A stretch of 64,000 nucleotides of DNA from an uncultured Opitutales bacterium (GCA_964562015.1 CAZLRH010000002.1:24021-88020); one strand, 5' to 3'. Positions 49,865 to 59,861 are shown, counted from the stretch's first letter. Made by a program: numbers and translations. Notes: generated from the letters alone by a model not told the origin.

Positions 49865-50679
49865 TGGAAACGCTCCTCGTGCTTCCGCACCGCGTGGCCG
49901 ACGCCGCCGAAAACATGGCGCGCGATTGGCTCCTGCTTGATTCGTTTGCTGGATCGGATTTCCCGCGCCTGCGCACTTATGGCTGGAGCAAACCGGCGTG
50001 GACATTTGGCTATAGCCAGCGCTGGCAGCAAGTTCGCGAAACCGTTGGCGCCGATGTAGAGTTGGTGCGCCGCTCGACCGGCGGCGGCGTGGTGGACCAT
50101 CGCGCGGATTGGACGTATGCGCTCGTGTTGCCCGCGACGCATCCCTGGGCCCGAGCAAAAGCGGCGGAAAGTTATCGCGCCGTTCATCAAGCACTGGCCG
50201 AGGCGCTGAAAATTTTCGGCGTACCGGTTTCATTAATGGCTTCAGCGCAAAAGGTAGGGACGCCTCTCCGAGGCGTCCGTTCCGATGGCCTTCAGCTTGT
50301 ACCAGACGGACGCCTCGGAGAGGCGTCCCTACCCCGAAACGAAGCCGGAAAATTTTCCCTCCAACATCCTTCCACTGCTTCCTCCGTTTGTTTCACCCAA
50401 CCCGAACTCCACGACGTGGTGCGGATGGACAATGGAAATAAAATCGCGGGGGCGGCGCAAAAACGCACGCGGAAAGGACTGTTGCTGCAAGGCTCCATCA
50501 GCCGCGCCGCGGCGCCTGAGGTACGAGATTGGGACGCGGTCGCTTCGGTATTCGCAAACACACTGAGTCACTTGCTCAAGGACAAACCGCAGCCCTGGTC
50601 CGGCGAAAGTGTTAATCCGTCGCTGCTCGTGGAGGCCCAAGCGCGTTTTGCGTCCACTGCGTGGAACGAGCGGCGATGA
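49864..50679 (+). CDS. lipoate/biotin protein ligase (BPL/LplA/LipB) family protein containing an in-frame 27-codon palindromic insertion
   Basis: ...RSTGGGVVDH, KIAGAAQKRTRKGLLLQGSI (catalytic Lys region). The 81-bp perfect palindrome at about 50253-50333 is translated as VGTPLRGVRSDGLQLVPDGRLGEASLP. Confidence 0.7.
   Translation: METLLVLPHRVADAAENMARDWLLLDSFAGSDFPRLRTYGWSKPAWTFGYSQRWQQVRETVGADVELVRRSTGGGVVDHRADWTYALVLPATHPWARAKAAESYRAVHQALAEALKIFGVPVSLMASAQKVGTPLRGVRSDGLQLVPDGRLGEASLPRNEAGKFSLQHPSTASSVCFTQPELHDVVRMDNGNKIAGAAQKRTRKGLLLQGSISRAAAPEVRDWDAVASVFANTLSHLLKDKPQPWSGESVNPSLLVEAQARFASTAWNERR
50253..50333. repeat. 81-bp perfect inverted-repeat element (27-nt arms, 27-nt spacer) embedded in frame in a CDS
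   Basis: GGTAGGGACGCCTCTCCGAGGCGTCCG ...27 nt... CGGACGCCTCGGAGAGGCGTCCCTACC. Arms are exact reverse complements. Each arm also contains the internal palindrome GACGCCTC/GAGGCGTC. Confidence 0.8.
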
Positions 50680-50740
50680 CCTAAGAGCGGCCGGTCCTGA
50701 TTTCGAATTGTAATTCTGGCCAGCCGGCCAGCGCCCATTC

Positions 50741-52441
50741 CTAGCGTTTTCGCTTACGCAGCAAAACCAGTCCGCTGGCGCCCAGCGCCATGACCAAGGC
50801 GACCGTGGATGGCTCGGGCGCGGGGGTGTAAGTGAAATTGCCCGGGTTGAGCGTGATTTCGACATACATGTTGTCCAACGCGGAGGAGGAGTTGAGCGGA
50901 TTGTAAAACACATCCGGGTTGAGGCCGCCTTGGATGCGGTCGGAAAAAGCGAAGGTGTAGGCATCGGTTTGCGTGGCAAACGCGCCGGAGTAGGAATTGT
51001 AGAACTCGGGGTTGATCTGAATACTGCTGCCCACCCACTTGGCGATGTCGGTATTATTCCCCTGCAAGGAAAGGAGATAGAAGAACTGACCGGAGGACAG
51101 GTTGCCGATGGTCAAATTGGCCGAGGCGTTGCCCGAGGCAAAGATGGAATTATTAAGGTTGGTCGTGGTGCTTGTGTTCCCCGCATGGCCCAAAACGGTT
51201 TCCCCATTGGTGGCCAGGCCGAAATTGAGATCCGCCATGAGGTCGCCCACCACCCGGTCCATGAGATTGTTGGAATTCACCGTGCTGACCGCGGTGCCAT
51301 TCCAATAGGCGACGTAGCTGGGGTTGGCGCCATAGATGCCGTTGATGTTGTCGAGTTGGGAATCCGTGACGAAAACATCGAAGCTCCCGACACTTCCGCC
51401 CGAGCCACTGATGATGACTCCGGAGCTGCTGCCCGTGATACCCTGGCCGCTGAGCGCAGCTATCTCGGTGCCGCTCAGCCCAGCCGTGAGGTTGGACTTA
51501 AAAGTGGCGTTCATGTTGTAGCTTTGATTTTGCAGAAAAAGATTGCCGGTGTCCGCCGGAAAGGGGGTGGTGCCCTGTCCCGCCTGGGTGCCGGCGTAAC
51601 CGAAAATCGTGCCCGCCAGCCGTTGTCCGCCCGGGGGCGTAAAGCTCGAGATGTTTAGCGAAATATTATTGCTTCTCATCCACGGGATGAGGGCAGTATT
51701 GCCGACGTTGCCGGTCGCGGGCGCGAGCCAGCTGTGATAATCAGCAATCGGAGGGACGCCGACGATGCGGGCCGTGCCGCTCAAATTACCCAGCGTGGCG
51801 CCGCTGGAATTGACCACGGCGTAGTTGGCGGCGATACGGGCATCGAGCGGCGTGACCACGGTACTGGCGGTCAGGAGATTAAAAATGGTCGGACCGGGCG
51901 TGGTGTTGATCTCGTTCGCCTGTCCGGGGAGCGTGACGAGGCTGCCATCGGCGCGCGATTTGATGGCAAAGTCCGCCGGCATGCTGACGAAGTTCACATA
52001 CGAGGTGTCCACGTTGTTTTGCGTGCTCCCCGCATTGATGTAGGTTTCGAAACGCGCGGACACCAAGGGGTCGGTGGACCCCGGAGTGTTGCCGCCAATC
52101 TGCGTGCCCGCCGTGAAATCAATAAAGCTGTTATAGAAAGTTCCGATATTGACCGTGGAAACAATCCCCGTGGGCCCGCCGGCCCCGGCGCCGGAGACTG
52201 TGCCATACAAGTCCGCGAGGCTGTAAGAAGTGGACAGTGCACCAGCACTGCCATTGCCGAGAGTCACGTTGCCAAACACCGTTGCGCCGCCGCCGACAAA
52301 GGTCAGGTACAGGGCATCATCCGGGATGCCGGTGTTGTTGACGATGACCAGTTGGGTCGTGTTGTTTTGAGCAAAAGCGGCCGGACCAAGCAATCCAGCG
52401 CCCAGCGCGAGCGAAACGGACACAAATAAACGCAGCTTCAT
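50741..52441 (-). CDS. PEP-CTERM-anchored secreted protein, Asn/Gly/Thr/Ser-rich (beta-helix-like)
   Basis: Signal peptide MKLRLFVSVSLALGAGLLGPAAFA. C-terminus PAPEPSTVALVMALGASGLVLLRKRKR is a canonical PEP-CTERM sorting motif (PEP, TM helix, basic tail). Confidence 0.8.
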   Translation of the reverse strand: MKLRLFVSVSLALGAGLLGPAAFAQNNTTQLVIVNNTGIPDDALYLTFVGGGATVFGNVTLGNGSAGALSTSYSLADLYGTVSGAGAGGPTGIVSTVNIGTFYNSFIDFTAGTQIGGNTPGSTDPLVSARFETYINAGSTQNNVDTSYVNFVSMPADFAIKSRADGSLVTLPGQANEINTTPGPTIFNLLTASTVVTPLDARIAANYAVVNSSGATLGNLSGTARIVGVPPIADYHSWLAPATGNVGNTALIPWMRSNNISLNISSFTPPGGQRLAGTIFGYAGTQAGQGTTPFPADTGNLFLQNQSYNMNATFKSNLTAGLSGTEIAALSGQGITGSSSGVIISGSGGSVGSFDVFVTDSQLDNINGIYGANPSYVAYWNGTAVSTVNSNNLMDRVVGDLMADLNFGLATNGETVLGHAGNTSTTTNLNNSIFASGNASANLTIGNLSSGQFFYLLSLQGNNTDIAKWVGSSIQINPEFYNSYSGAFATQTDAYTFAFSDRIQGGLNPDVFYNPLNSSSALDNMYVEITLNPGNFTYTPAPEPSTVALVMALGASGLVLLRKRKR

Positions 52442-52641
52442 AGTGGCAATGTGGGTAGCTAATTCGACTAAATGGGTCAACGCGCAAAACATGGCTCAAA
52501 GCAACCCTTTGTCATACTCGTCGCCAGGCCCGACCTGCTGGATTTCGATTGGATGATGTACGGCATCGCTTAGTTTGACTCGACGACGCAGAGCTTGCGG
52601 CGGTAACAATCTAGTCCCGCTCCTTAATTCTATTTTACTTC

Positions 52642-53334
52642 ATGACCCCAGTCACCACCAGACCCCGCCCCGACAAGGTCAAATTTCGGTGGGACATCGT
52701 GCTCTTTTTCGCCTACGTCTTCGCCACCATGCGGCGCTCGACGGGTCTGCCCTGGCATGAATGGCTCGGCGTGGTGTTTATCCCGGTGCTTTCAATCCAC
52801 CTCTGGCTCAATTGGAACTGGATTGCCGACTATATCCGGCGGTCCACCCGCGTAGCATCGGGACTGACCCGTTTCAATCGCTGGTGGAATACCCTTCAGC
52901 TTCTCGTCGCAGTCGTGACACTTGCCTCGGGCCTCCTAATCTCCAGGACCTTCCTACCCGCAGTGGGCCTTACTGGCCTTCGCAGCAACTTCCTGGGGGA
53001 CGTGCATGCCGCCTCCGCCACCGTCCTCACCGTGATGATTGGCGTCCATCTGGGCCTGCATGGTCATTGGATATGGTCCAGGCTTCGCGGCGCTTCGCGT
53101 CCCACAGTGACCTCAGACACGAAACAAATCCGAAGGCAACTGTTGCTAGCTTCAGCGATAGTCGTAGCTGTCTTGGCGGCGGTATTATTGATCCCCAACT
53201 CGAACTTCTACCACCAACACTTCCCGCTCCTTCGACGAGTCCGGGATGATTTTATCCAAGTCATCATTTCCATGTCTATTCCGGGAACAATTGCTTTTGG
53301 AGCCCTCGTCTTCTTTCAAGGACGGCGAAGCTGA
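52642..53334 (+). CDS. DUF4405-like membrane protein (hypothetical)
   Basis: Four predicted TM helices with conserved His residues (HEWLGVVFIPVLSIHLWLNW; MIGVHLGLHGHW). Confidence 0.5.
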   Translation: MTPVTTRPRPDKVKFRWDIVLFFAYVFATMRRSTGLPWHEWLGVVFIPVLSIHLWLNWNWIADYIRRSTRVASGLTRFNRWWNTLQLLVAVVTLASGLLISRTFLPAVGLTGLRSNFLGDVHAASATVLTVMIGVHLGLHGHWIWSRLRGASRPTVTSDTKQIRRQLLLASAIVVAVLAAVLLIPNSNFYHQHFPLLRRVRDDFIQVIISMSIPGTIAFGALVFFQGRRS

Positions 53335-53384
53335 AGTTTGTGACCAAGCCATCGGTATCTTTCAGGAGCGTGGCTACTCCAAGC

Positions 53385-53410
53385 CAAAGGCCAGCAAGGG
53401 CCTTTTTTAG
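53385..53410 (+). terminator. Rho-independent terminator candidate
   Basis: AAGGCC-agcaag-GGCCTT hairpin followed by TTTTTT, about 50 bp after the 52642..53334 stop. Confidence 0.5.
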
Positions 53411-53486
53411 CCTTGCGTCGAGTCGGTCAAAAGGGTTTTGTCCACCTTTGCGCACTTCCCGCTTTATCCTTTAACATCGCATCACC

Positions 53487-53717
53487 ATGGCACGCATCTG
53501 TTTCGTCACGGGCAAAGGCCCGACCAAAGGCAACGTCACCTTCCGCCGGGGCGTCGCCAAAAAAGCCGGCGGCATCGGCACGCACGTGACCAAGCGGACG
53601 CGCCGGCAGTTCCGGCCCAACCTGCAGCGGGTGCGCGTCAAGCTGGCCAGCGGCCAGGTCAAGCGCGTGTGGGTGCGGGTCAAGGCCCTCAAGGCCGGCC
53701 TCATCAGCAAGGCTTAA
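53487..53717 (+). CDS. rpmB: 50S ribosomal protein L28
   Basis: MARICFVTGKGPTKGNVTFRRGVAKKAGG...RRQFRPNLQRVRV is the L28 signature. 76 aa. Confidence 0.9.
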   Translation: MARICFVTGKGPTKGNVTFRRGVAKKAGGIGTHVTKRTRRQFRPNLQRVRVKLASGQVKRVWVRVKALKAGLISKA

Positions 53718-53763
53718 GCCGCCGGGCTGCCTGACATTCCTGGGTCGCGTGCTGGTGGTTTTT

Positions 53764-53777
53764 CAAACGCGCGTTTG
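53764..53777. promoter_or_regulatory. 14-bp perfect palindrome CAAACGCGCGTTTG upstream of the RND efflux operon (candidate operator)
   Basis: Self-complementary 14-mer about 95 bp upstream of the MFP gene start. No cognate regulator gene adjacent. Confidence 0.2.
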
Positions 53778-53872
53778 ACCCAGTATTATTTTCCACCCGG
53801 ACTCCCGGGGGTCGGTTGAGAGTCAGATTTGACGAACCGACAGTTATGGGTAGATGTAGTCCCACACCATTC

Positions 53873-55090
53873 ATGAACGCTCGTGCGCAAATTCTGCCGC
53901 TCCGTGCGGTTACTGCGGCCTGGACCCTCGCCGGGCTGGCCTTGCTGGCTGGCTGCGGAAAGTCCAATCAGGCGGCCCCCGCCGGCATGCCGCCCTCGCT
54001 GGTGACGGCCGCCACGGCCACCGCCCAGGATGTGCCCAAATACCTGGACACCATCGGCCAGACCACGGCGTACGAGGCGGTCAATATCGTTTCCCAAGTG
54101 GAGGGCCAGATCATCGAAATGCCCTTCCAGCAAGGCTCCCTGGTGAAAAAAGGCGACGTGCTGGCCGTGATTTTCCAGCCGCCGTTTGTCGCCGCCGTGG
54201 AGCGGTCCTCCGGGGTGGTCGCCTCTGACGAGGCCAACCTCGCCATCGCCAAGTTGCAGGTGGAACGCAGCCAACCGCTGACGGCCGACAACCTCGTTTC
54301 GAAACAGCAGTACGACACCTGGCAGTCGCAGGTCAAAGCCCTCGAGGGCCAGTTGGCCGTGGACAAGGCCAACCTCGACCTCGCGAACATCAATCTCGGC
54401 TACTCCACCATTCGCGCGCCGGTCGACGGCATGGTGGGCGTGTACAAGATCAACATCGGCAATGTCGTCAAAATCAACGATGCGCCAATCACCACCATCC
54501 AGCGCATGGACCCGATTTACGCGGACTTCGTGGTGTCGGTGACGGATTTTCCCGCGATGAAAAAATATTTCGCCGACAACGGTGGAAAACTCGGCGTGCA
54601 CGTCGAAAGCCTCTCGGACGCCACGCAGGCCAAGGACGGTAATTTGACGATTCTCGGCAACGCCATCTCCGCCTCCACGGGCACGGTCTCGGTGCGCTGC
54701 ACGATGCCGAATGACGATTTGCTCTTCTGGCCCAACGAACCGGTGCACGCCCGCATTTTGCTGACGACCCTCAAGGACGCCGTGCTGATTCCCAAGGAAG
54801 CGGTGCAGTTGAACCAGCAGGGCCGCTTCGTGTTTGCCATCAAACCGCCCGCCAAAGCCGGGGACCCGGAAACCGTCGAACAGCGCCCGGTGGAAATTGG
54901 CCAGCCGCAGGAAGGCGGCCTGATTGTCGTCAACTCGGGCGTCAAGGTTGGCGAAAAAGTCGTCGTGCGCAACCCGCTCTTTTTGCAGGACGGCGGCCCG
55001 GTCATGGTGGCGGAATTGGACGGCAAATCCCTCCTGCCGCCGCCCGATGCCGGCCGCCGCGGCGGCCCGCCGCCCGCGGACAAGAAGTAA
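53873..55090 (+). CDS. efflux RND transporter periplasmic adaptor subunit (MFP) 1
   Basis: Lipobox LAGC. IGQTTAYEAVNIVSQVEGQIIEMPFQQGSLVKKGDVLAVI (lipoyl/beta-barrel MFP core). About 70% identical over the core to the 58591..59814 product. Confidence 0.9.
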   Translation: MNARAQILPLRAVTAAWTLAGLALLAGCGKSNQAAPAGMPPSLVTAATATAQDVPKYLDTIGQTTAYEAVNIVSQVEGQIIEMPFQQGSLVKKGDVLAVIFQPPFVAAVERSSGVVASDEANLAIAKLQVERSQPLTADNLVSKQQYDTWQSQVKALEGQLAVDKANLDLANINLGYSTIRAPVDGMVGVYKINIGNVVKINDAPITTIQRMDPIYADFVVSVTDFPAMKKYFADNGGKLGVHVESLSDATQAKDGNLTILGNAISASTGTVSVRCTMPNDDLLFWPNEPVHARILLTTLKDAVLIPKEAVQLNQQGRFVFAIKPPAKAGDPETVEQRPVEIGQPQEGGLIVVNSGVKVGEKVVVRNPLFLQDGGPVMVAELDGKSLLPPPDAGRRGGPPPADKK

Positions 55091-55165
55091 ACCGCCCGTC
55101 GCTGCCACCGACGGTGGCAATCCCTCCCGCCTTTTCACCCTCTCCTTGCCGCGCCTGCACCGCCG

Positions 55166-58100
55166 ATGAACAGTATTTCCGACCCGTTTATCAAGCGCCC
55201 GGTGATGACCATGCTGGTGTACCTCGGGGTGCTGGCCTTTGGCGCGTACGCATTTATATTACTCCCGGTCAGCGACCTGCCGACCGTGGACTACCCGGTC
55301 ATCCAAGTCACCGCCTCCTATCCCGGCGCGAGCCCGGACACCGTGGCCGCGAATGTGGCCTCGCCGCTCGAGCAGCAGTTCCTGAAAGTGCCGGGCATTG
55401 AAATCGTCACCTCATCGAGTTCGCAGGGCAATGCGCAGCTCGTCCTGCAATTCCACCTCGACAAATCCATCGACGCGGCGGCGAGCGACGTGCAGGCGGC
55501 CATCAACCAGGCGCAGGGCAACCTGCCGGCGGATCTCCCCTCCCCGCCCACGTTCCGCAAAACCAATCCGAACGAGCAGCCGATGATGTATATCGGCGCC
55601 ATCTCGTATTCGATGACGGCGACGCAGCTTTATGATTTCGCCTACACGGAACTGGTGCAGCGGATGCAAGTGGTGCCGGGCGTCTCGAACGTGCAGGTGT
55701 ACGGCTCACCCCGCGCGGTGCGCGTGCAGGTGGACCCCGAGAAACTTTATTCACTCGGCCTGAGTTTCAACGACGTGAACCAGGCGGTGCAGCAAGGCAC
55801 CAATCTGGTCGGCGCGGGGCAATTGAAGAGCAACACCTACCAATTCACGCTCCAGCCGAGCACCCAGTTGGAAATGGCGGACGACTACGCCAAGCTCATC
55901 ATCGCCTACAAGGACGGCGCCCCGATTTACCTGCGCGATGTGGCCAGCGTCATCGATACGACGCAGTTTGAGGACTTGAAGATGGACTTCTGGTCCAAGC
56001 GCATTCCCAAACCCGGCGCGGTCGGCATCGTGCTGGCCGTGACCAAGGCGGACGGCGCCAACGCCGTGGAAGTTTCCAAGGGCCTGCGCGCGTTGCTCCC
56101 GCAACTCCAGCAAATCATCCCGAAGTCCATTACGCTGGTGCCCATTTATGATCGGGCGAACAGCATCATCGCCTCCGTGCACGACGTGGAGGAAACGCTC
56201 GGCATCGCGTTTGTGCTGGTGGTGCTGGTCGTGTTCTTCTTCCTCGGGCGCGTGGCGGACACCGTGATCCCCGCGGTGGCGCTGCCGATGTCCCTGCTGA
56301 TGACGTTCATCGTCATGCGGCTGTGCAATTACACCCTGGACAACCTTTCGCTGATGGCGCTGACGCTCTCCATCGGCTTCCTGATTGATGACGCCATCGT
56401 GTTTTTGGAAAACATGGTGCGGCGCATGGAAGCTGGCGAATCCGTGCGCGAAGCCACCTTCAAGGGCGCGAAGGAAATCAGCTTCACCATTTTGGCGATG
56501 ACCCTTTCCCTCGCGGTGGTGTTTCTCCCGCTGGTCGGCATGAGCGGCTTGATCGGGCGGATTTTCCGTGAACTCGGGGTGACGATCGTCGTCGCGGTGC
56601 TGGCCTCCGGCATTGTCTCGCTGACGCTGACGCCTATGATGTGCTCGCGCATCATCCAGGATCGCGGGCGCGACACGAAGACGCTGGTCGAGCGGTTCGC
56701 CCACTGGATTGAGGGCCGGTGCATCGCGTTCTACAGTCCGACGCTGACCTATGCCCTGAAACACTGGTATTTGTCCGTCATTGCGATGGTGCTGTGCTTC
56801 GTAGGCATCGGCGTCTTCGGTTACCTCGTGCCCAAATCGCTGCTGCCCACGGGCGACAGCGGCTTCATTTCCGGCGTGTTCATCGCCGCGCCCAGCACGT
56901 CCCCCACGCTCATGCACGAATATCAGAGCAAGGTGGACGACAGCCTGCGCACCAATCCTTATGTGGACAGCTACGTGTCGGTGTCGGGTTTCGGGCAATT
57001 CCTGAATTCCAACTTTGGCATCGTGTTCGTGCTCCTGGATGAGGCCGGCCAAAAGCTGGCCGACGGCAAGCCCCGTCCGAAGATTGACGCCGTCAACGGC
57101 ATGTTGATGGGCCAGATTTTTCAAATCCCCGGCCTGATTGCGGGCATTCGCCCGATGCCGGTGCTGCAAATCAGCGCCGGCGCCTCGGCTTCGAACTCCG
57201 GCAAGTACCAGTACGTGCTTTACGGCTTGGATAAGGCCAAAGTGCAATTGGCGGGCTTTGCGCTCATGGGGGCCATGTCACAATATCCGAATGTGTTCGG
57301 CCAGGTGACTCCCGATCTTTTCCCGATGAACCCGGTGTTGGATGTGAAGTTGAACCGGCAGCAGGCTTCGCAGTACGGCGTGACGGCGACCAACTTTGCC
57401 CAACTGATGTCCACCGCCTACGCCCAGAACTTCTCCTACCTGATCAAGAGCGACTACCTCCAATACTGGGTGGTGGTCGAGGCCAAGCCCAAGTACCGCG
57501 CCAATGTCGGCGACCTCGACTGGCTCTATTTCAATTCCCTGACAAACCAGAGCACGCTGTACAACACCGGCAGCGCGTTTGACGTGAGCAACAACCTCGT
57601 GCCCTTCCGTGCCATCGGCACCACGTCGCCGAAAATCGGCCCGATCGCGGTCAATCACTTCAACGGCTTTTCGTCCGTGACGCTGTCGTTCGATTTGCAA
57701 CCCGGCATCCCCCTCGGCGTGGCGACGAATGCCATTGAACAAATGGCGGCGTCGATGACGCCCCAATACATTGCCCCCGACATCACGCGCACGTTCCAAG
57801 GCGAAGCGCTGTTGTTCAACGAGGCCCAGGTCAGCCTGCTGCTGGGCATGTTGGTGGCCTTCTTTGTGATGTATATCATCCTGGGAATTTTGTACGAAAG
57901 CTATGTCCACCCCTTCACCGTGCTGCTCTCCATCCCGCTGGCGTTCGCGGGCGGTTTGGGCACGCTGTGGCTGTTTGGGCGGGAACTCTCCCTTTATTCC
58001 GGCATCGGGATGTTCATGCTCGCCGGCATCGTGAAAAAGAACGGCATCATGATGATCGACTTCGCCATCATGCGGCAGGAGGAGGGGCGCAGCCCGAGCG

Positions 58101-58417
58101 ACGCCGTGCACGAGGCCAGCATGGAGCGATTCCGCCCGATCATCATGACCACGCTCGCGGCCTTTTTTGGCGCGGTGCCGCTGGCCATCGGCCTCGGGGC
58201 GGACGCCGAATCGCGCATCCCCTTGGGGCTCACCATCTGCGGCGGCTTGCTGGTGTCCCAACTCATCACGCTTTACGTCACTCCGGTCACCTATCTTGGT
58301 TTTGAGTGGCTGCAAACCCGCGTCCTGGATCGCATCGGTTTCTTTGCGCGCGGGGAAAAGGATTTGGACCGGCCCGCCACCCCGACCGCCCCGCCGGTGG
58401 CCACTCCGGGCGCCTAG
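55166..58417 (+). CDS. efflux RND transporter permease (HAE1 family, MdtB/MdtC/AcrB-like) 1
   Basis: FIKRPVMTMLVYLGVLAFG start, 12-TM architecture, 1083 aa, AcrB family blocks throughout. Confidence 0.95.
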   Translation: MNSISDPFIKRPVMTMLVYLGVLAFGAYAFILLPVSDLPTVDYPVIQVTASYPGASPDTVAANVASPLEQQFLKVPGIEIVTSSSSQGNAQLVLQFHLDKSIDAAASDVQAAINQAQGNLPADLPSPPTFRKTNPNEQPMMYIGAISYSMTATQLYDFAYTELVQRMQVVPGVSNVQVYGSPRAVRVQVDPEKLYSLGLSFNDVNQAVQQGTNLVGAGQLKSNTYQFTLQPSTQLEMADDYAKLIIAYKDGAPIYLRDVASVIDTTQFEDLKMDFWSKRIPKPGAVGIVLAVTKADGANAVEVSKGLRALLPQLQQIIPKSITLVPIYDRANSIIASVHDVEETLGIAFVLVVLVVFFFLGRVADTVIPAVALPMSLLMTFIVMRLCNYTLDNLSLMALTLSIGFLIDDAIVFLENMVRRMEAGESVREATFKGAKEISFTILAMTLSLAVVFLPLVGMSGLIGRIFRELGVTIVVAVLASGIVSLTLTPMMCSRIIQDRGRDTKTLVERFAHWIEGRCIAFYSPTLTYALKHWYLSVIAMVLCFVGIGVFGYLVPKSLLPTGDSGFISGVFIAAPSTSPTLMHEYQSKVDDSLRTNPYVDSYVSVSGFGQFLNSNFGIVFVLLDEAGQKLADGKPRPKIDAVNGMLMGQIFQIPGLIAGIRPMPVLQISAGASASNSGKYQYVLYGLDKAKVQLAGFALMGAMSQYPNVFGQVTPDLFPMNPVLDVKLNRQQASQYGVTATNFAQLMSTAYAQNFSYLIKSDYLQYWVVVEAKPKYRANVGDLDWLYFNSLTNQSTLYNTGSAFDVSNNLVPFRAIGTTSPKIGPIAVNHFNGFSSVTLSFDLQPGIPLGVATNAIEQMAASMTPQYIAPDITRTFQGEALLFNEAQVSLLLGMLVAFFVMYIILGILYESYVHPFTVLLSIPLAFAGGLGTLWLFGRELSLYSGIGMFMLAGIVKKNGIMMIDFAIMRQEEGRSPSDAVHEASMERFRPIIMTTLAAFFGAVPLAIGLGADAESRIPLGLTICGGLLVSQLITLYVTPVTYLGFEWLQTRVLDRIGFFARGEKDLDRPATPTAPPVATPGA

Positions 58418-58590
58418 GTTAAAGAAGGCGGGCAACTTTTGGCTTTCGCCACGGTCGGAGGTTCGTCACACTCTTTCGTTTCCCAGCCCAAGTCTAACGC
58501 TGGGCCGGTTAAGCCCCTGGATTAAATTTCAAACAACTGTTTGATTTTTTGCCCGAGCTGGATCATATTCGGCCTACTTTCTCCCACGTT

Positions 58591-59814
58591 ATGTACCCGT
58601 CCGCGAGTTCCCCCCTCACCCCGTCTGCCCGCGCCGCCTGGACTTTGCTGGCGGCCTGCGGCCTGGCCGGCTGCGCGGCCAAATCGGCGCCGCCGGCCGA
58701 AGCGCCGCCCCGCACCGTCTCGGCGGCCACCGTCGTCACCCGCGATGTCCCGCGTTACCTCGACGCCCTGGGCCAGATGACGGCCTATGAATCAGTGAAC
58801 ATTGTCTCCCAAGTGGATGGCCAAATCGTGGAGATGCCGTTCCAGCAAGGCTCGCTAGTCAAGAAAGGCGACAAATTGGCCGTCGTTTACCAGGCGCCGT
58901 TTGCCGCCGTCCTGCAGGAAGCCAAGGGCCTCCTCGATGTGGACAAAGCCGGCCTCAAACTGGCCCAATCCCAGCTCGAACGCAGCCGGCCGCTCCTCAG
59001 CGGCAATCTCGTTTCACAGCAGCAATTTGACACCTACTCCTCGACGGTCGACCAGTTGATGGGGAAAATCGATGTCGATGAGGCCCACGTCAAGACCGCG
59101 CAAATCAATTACGACTACACCACCATTCTCGCCCCGATTGACGGCATGGTCGGCACGTACAAAATCAGCGTTGGCAACGTGGTCAAGGGCCAGGATCAAA
59201 TCCTCACCACCATCCAGCGGATGGACCCGATTTACGCCGATTTTGTGGTTTCCGTGGACGACTTCCCCCGCTTGCGCGACTACTTCGACAAGAATGGCGG
59301 CACGCTGCGCATCGTCGCCGCGGACATGTCCGACCCCACGCGGATGCGCGAAGGCAACCTCACCATTTTGGCCAACGCGATTGCCGGCTTGACGGGCACC
59401 GCGGCCTTGCGTGCGACCATGCCCAATTCCGACCGCCTGTTCTGGCCCAATGAGCCCGTGCGCGTGCGCGTGTTCTTGGACACCTTGCAGGGTGCGATGC
59501 TGGTGCCGGAATCCGCGGTGCAATTGAGCCAGCAGGGCTCATTCGTCTTTGTCATTAATCCGGCCGCCAAAGCCGGTGCCGCAGCCACGGTCGAAAAGCG
59601 CATCGTGCAAGCCGGCCAGACGCAGGACGATGGGTTGACCGTCATCAATTCCGGGCTGAAGGCTGGTGAAATGGTCGTGGTGCACGGTCAGGTGTTTTTG
59701 CAGCCGAATGCAGTCGTCAAAGTCATGGAACTGGACGGCCATGCCCCTGATGCCGCTCCGGCAGCCTCCACCGTAACCGCCACCACTCCCGCCCCCGCCC
59801 AGCCTAAATCCTAA
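58591..59814 (+). CDS. efflux RND transporter periplasmic adaptor subunit (MFP) 2
   Basis: Lipobox LAGC. LGQMTAYESVNIVSQVDGQIVEMPFQQGSLVKKGDKLAVV. Paralogous to MFP 1. Confidence 0.9.
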   Translation: MYPSASSPLTPSARAAWTLLAACGLAGCAAKSAPPAEAPPRTVSAATVVTRDVPRYLDALGQMTAYESVNIVSQVDGQIVEMPFQQGSLVKKGDKLAVVYQAPFAAVLQEAKGLLDVDKAGLKLAQSQLERSRPLLSGNLVSQQQFDTYSSTVDQLMGKIDVDEAHVKTAQINYDYTTILAPIDGMVGTYKISVGNVVKGQDQILTTIQRMDPIYADFVVSVDDFPRLRDYFDKNGGTLRIVAADMSDPTRMREGNLTILANAIAGLTGTAALRATMPNSDRLFWPNEPVRVRVFLDTLQGAMLVPESAVQLSQQGSFVFVINPAAKAGAAATVEKRIVQAGQTQDDGLTVINSGLKAGEMVVVHGQVFLQPNAVVKVMELDGHAPDAAPAASTVTATTPAPAQPKS

Positions 59815-59861
59815 GCTGCGGATTTTCACCATTTGCACCACCCTCCTGCTTTGTCTTTGCG

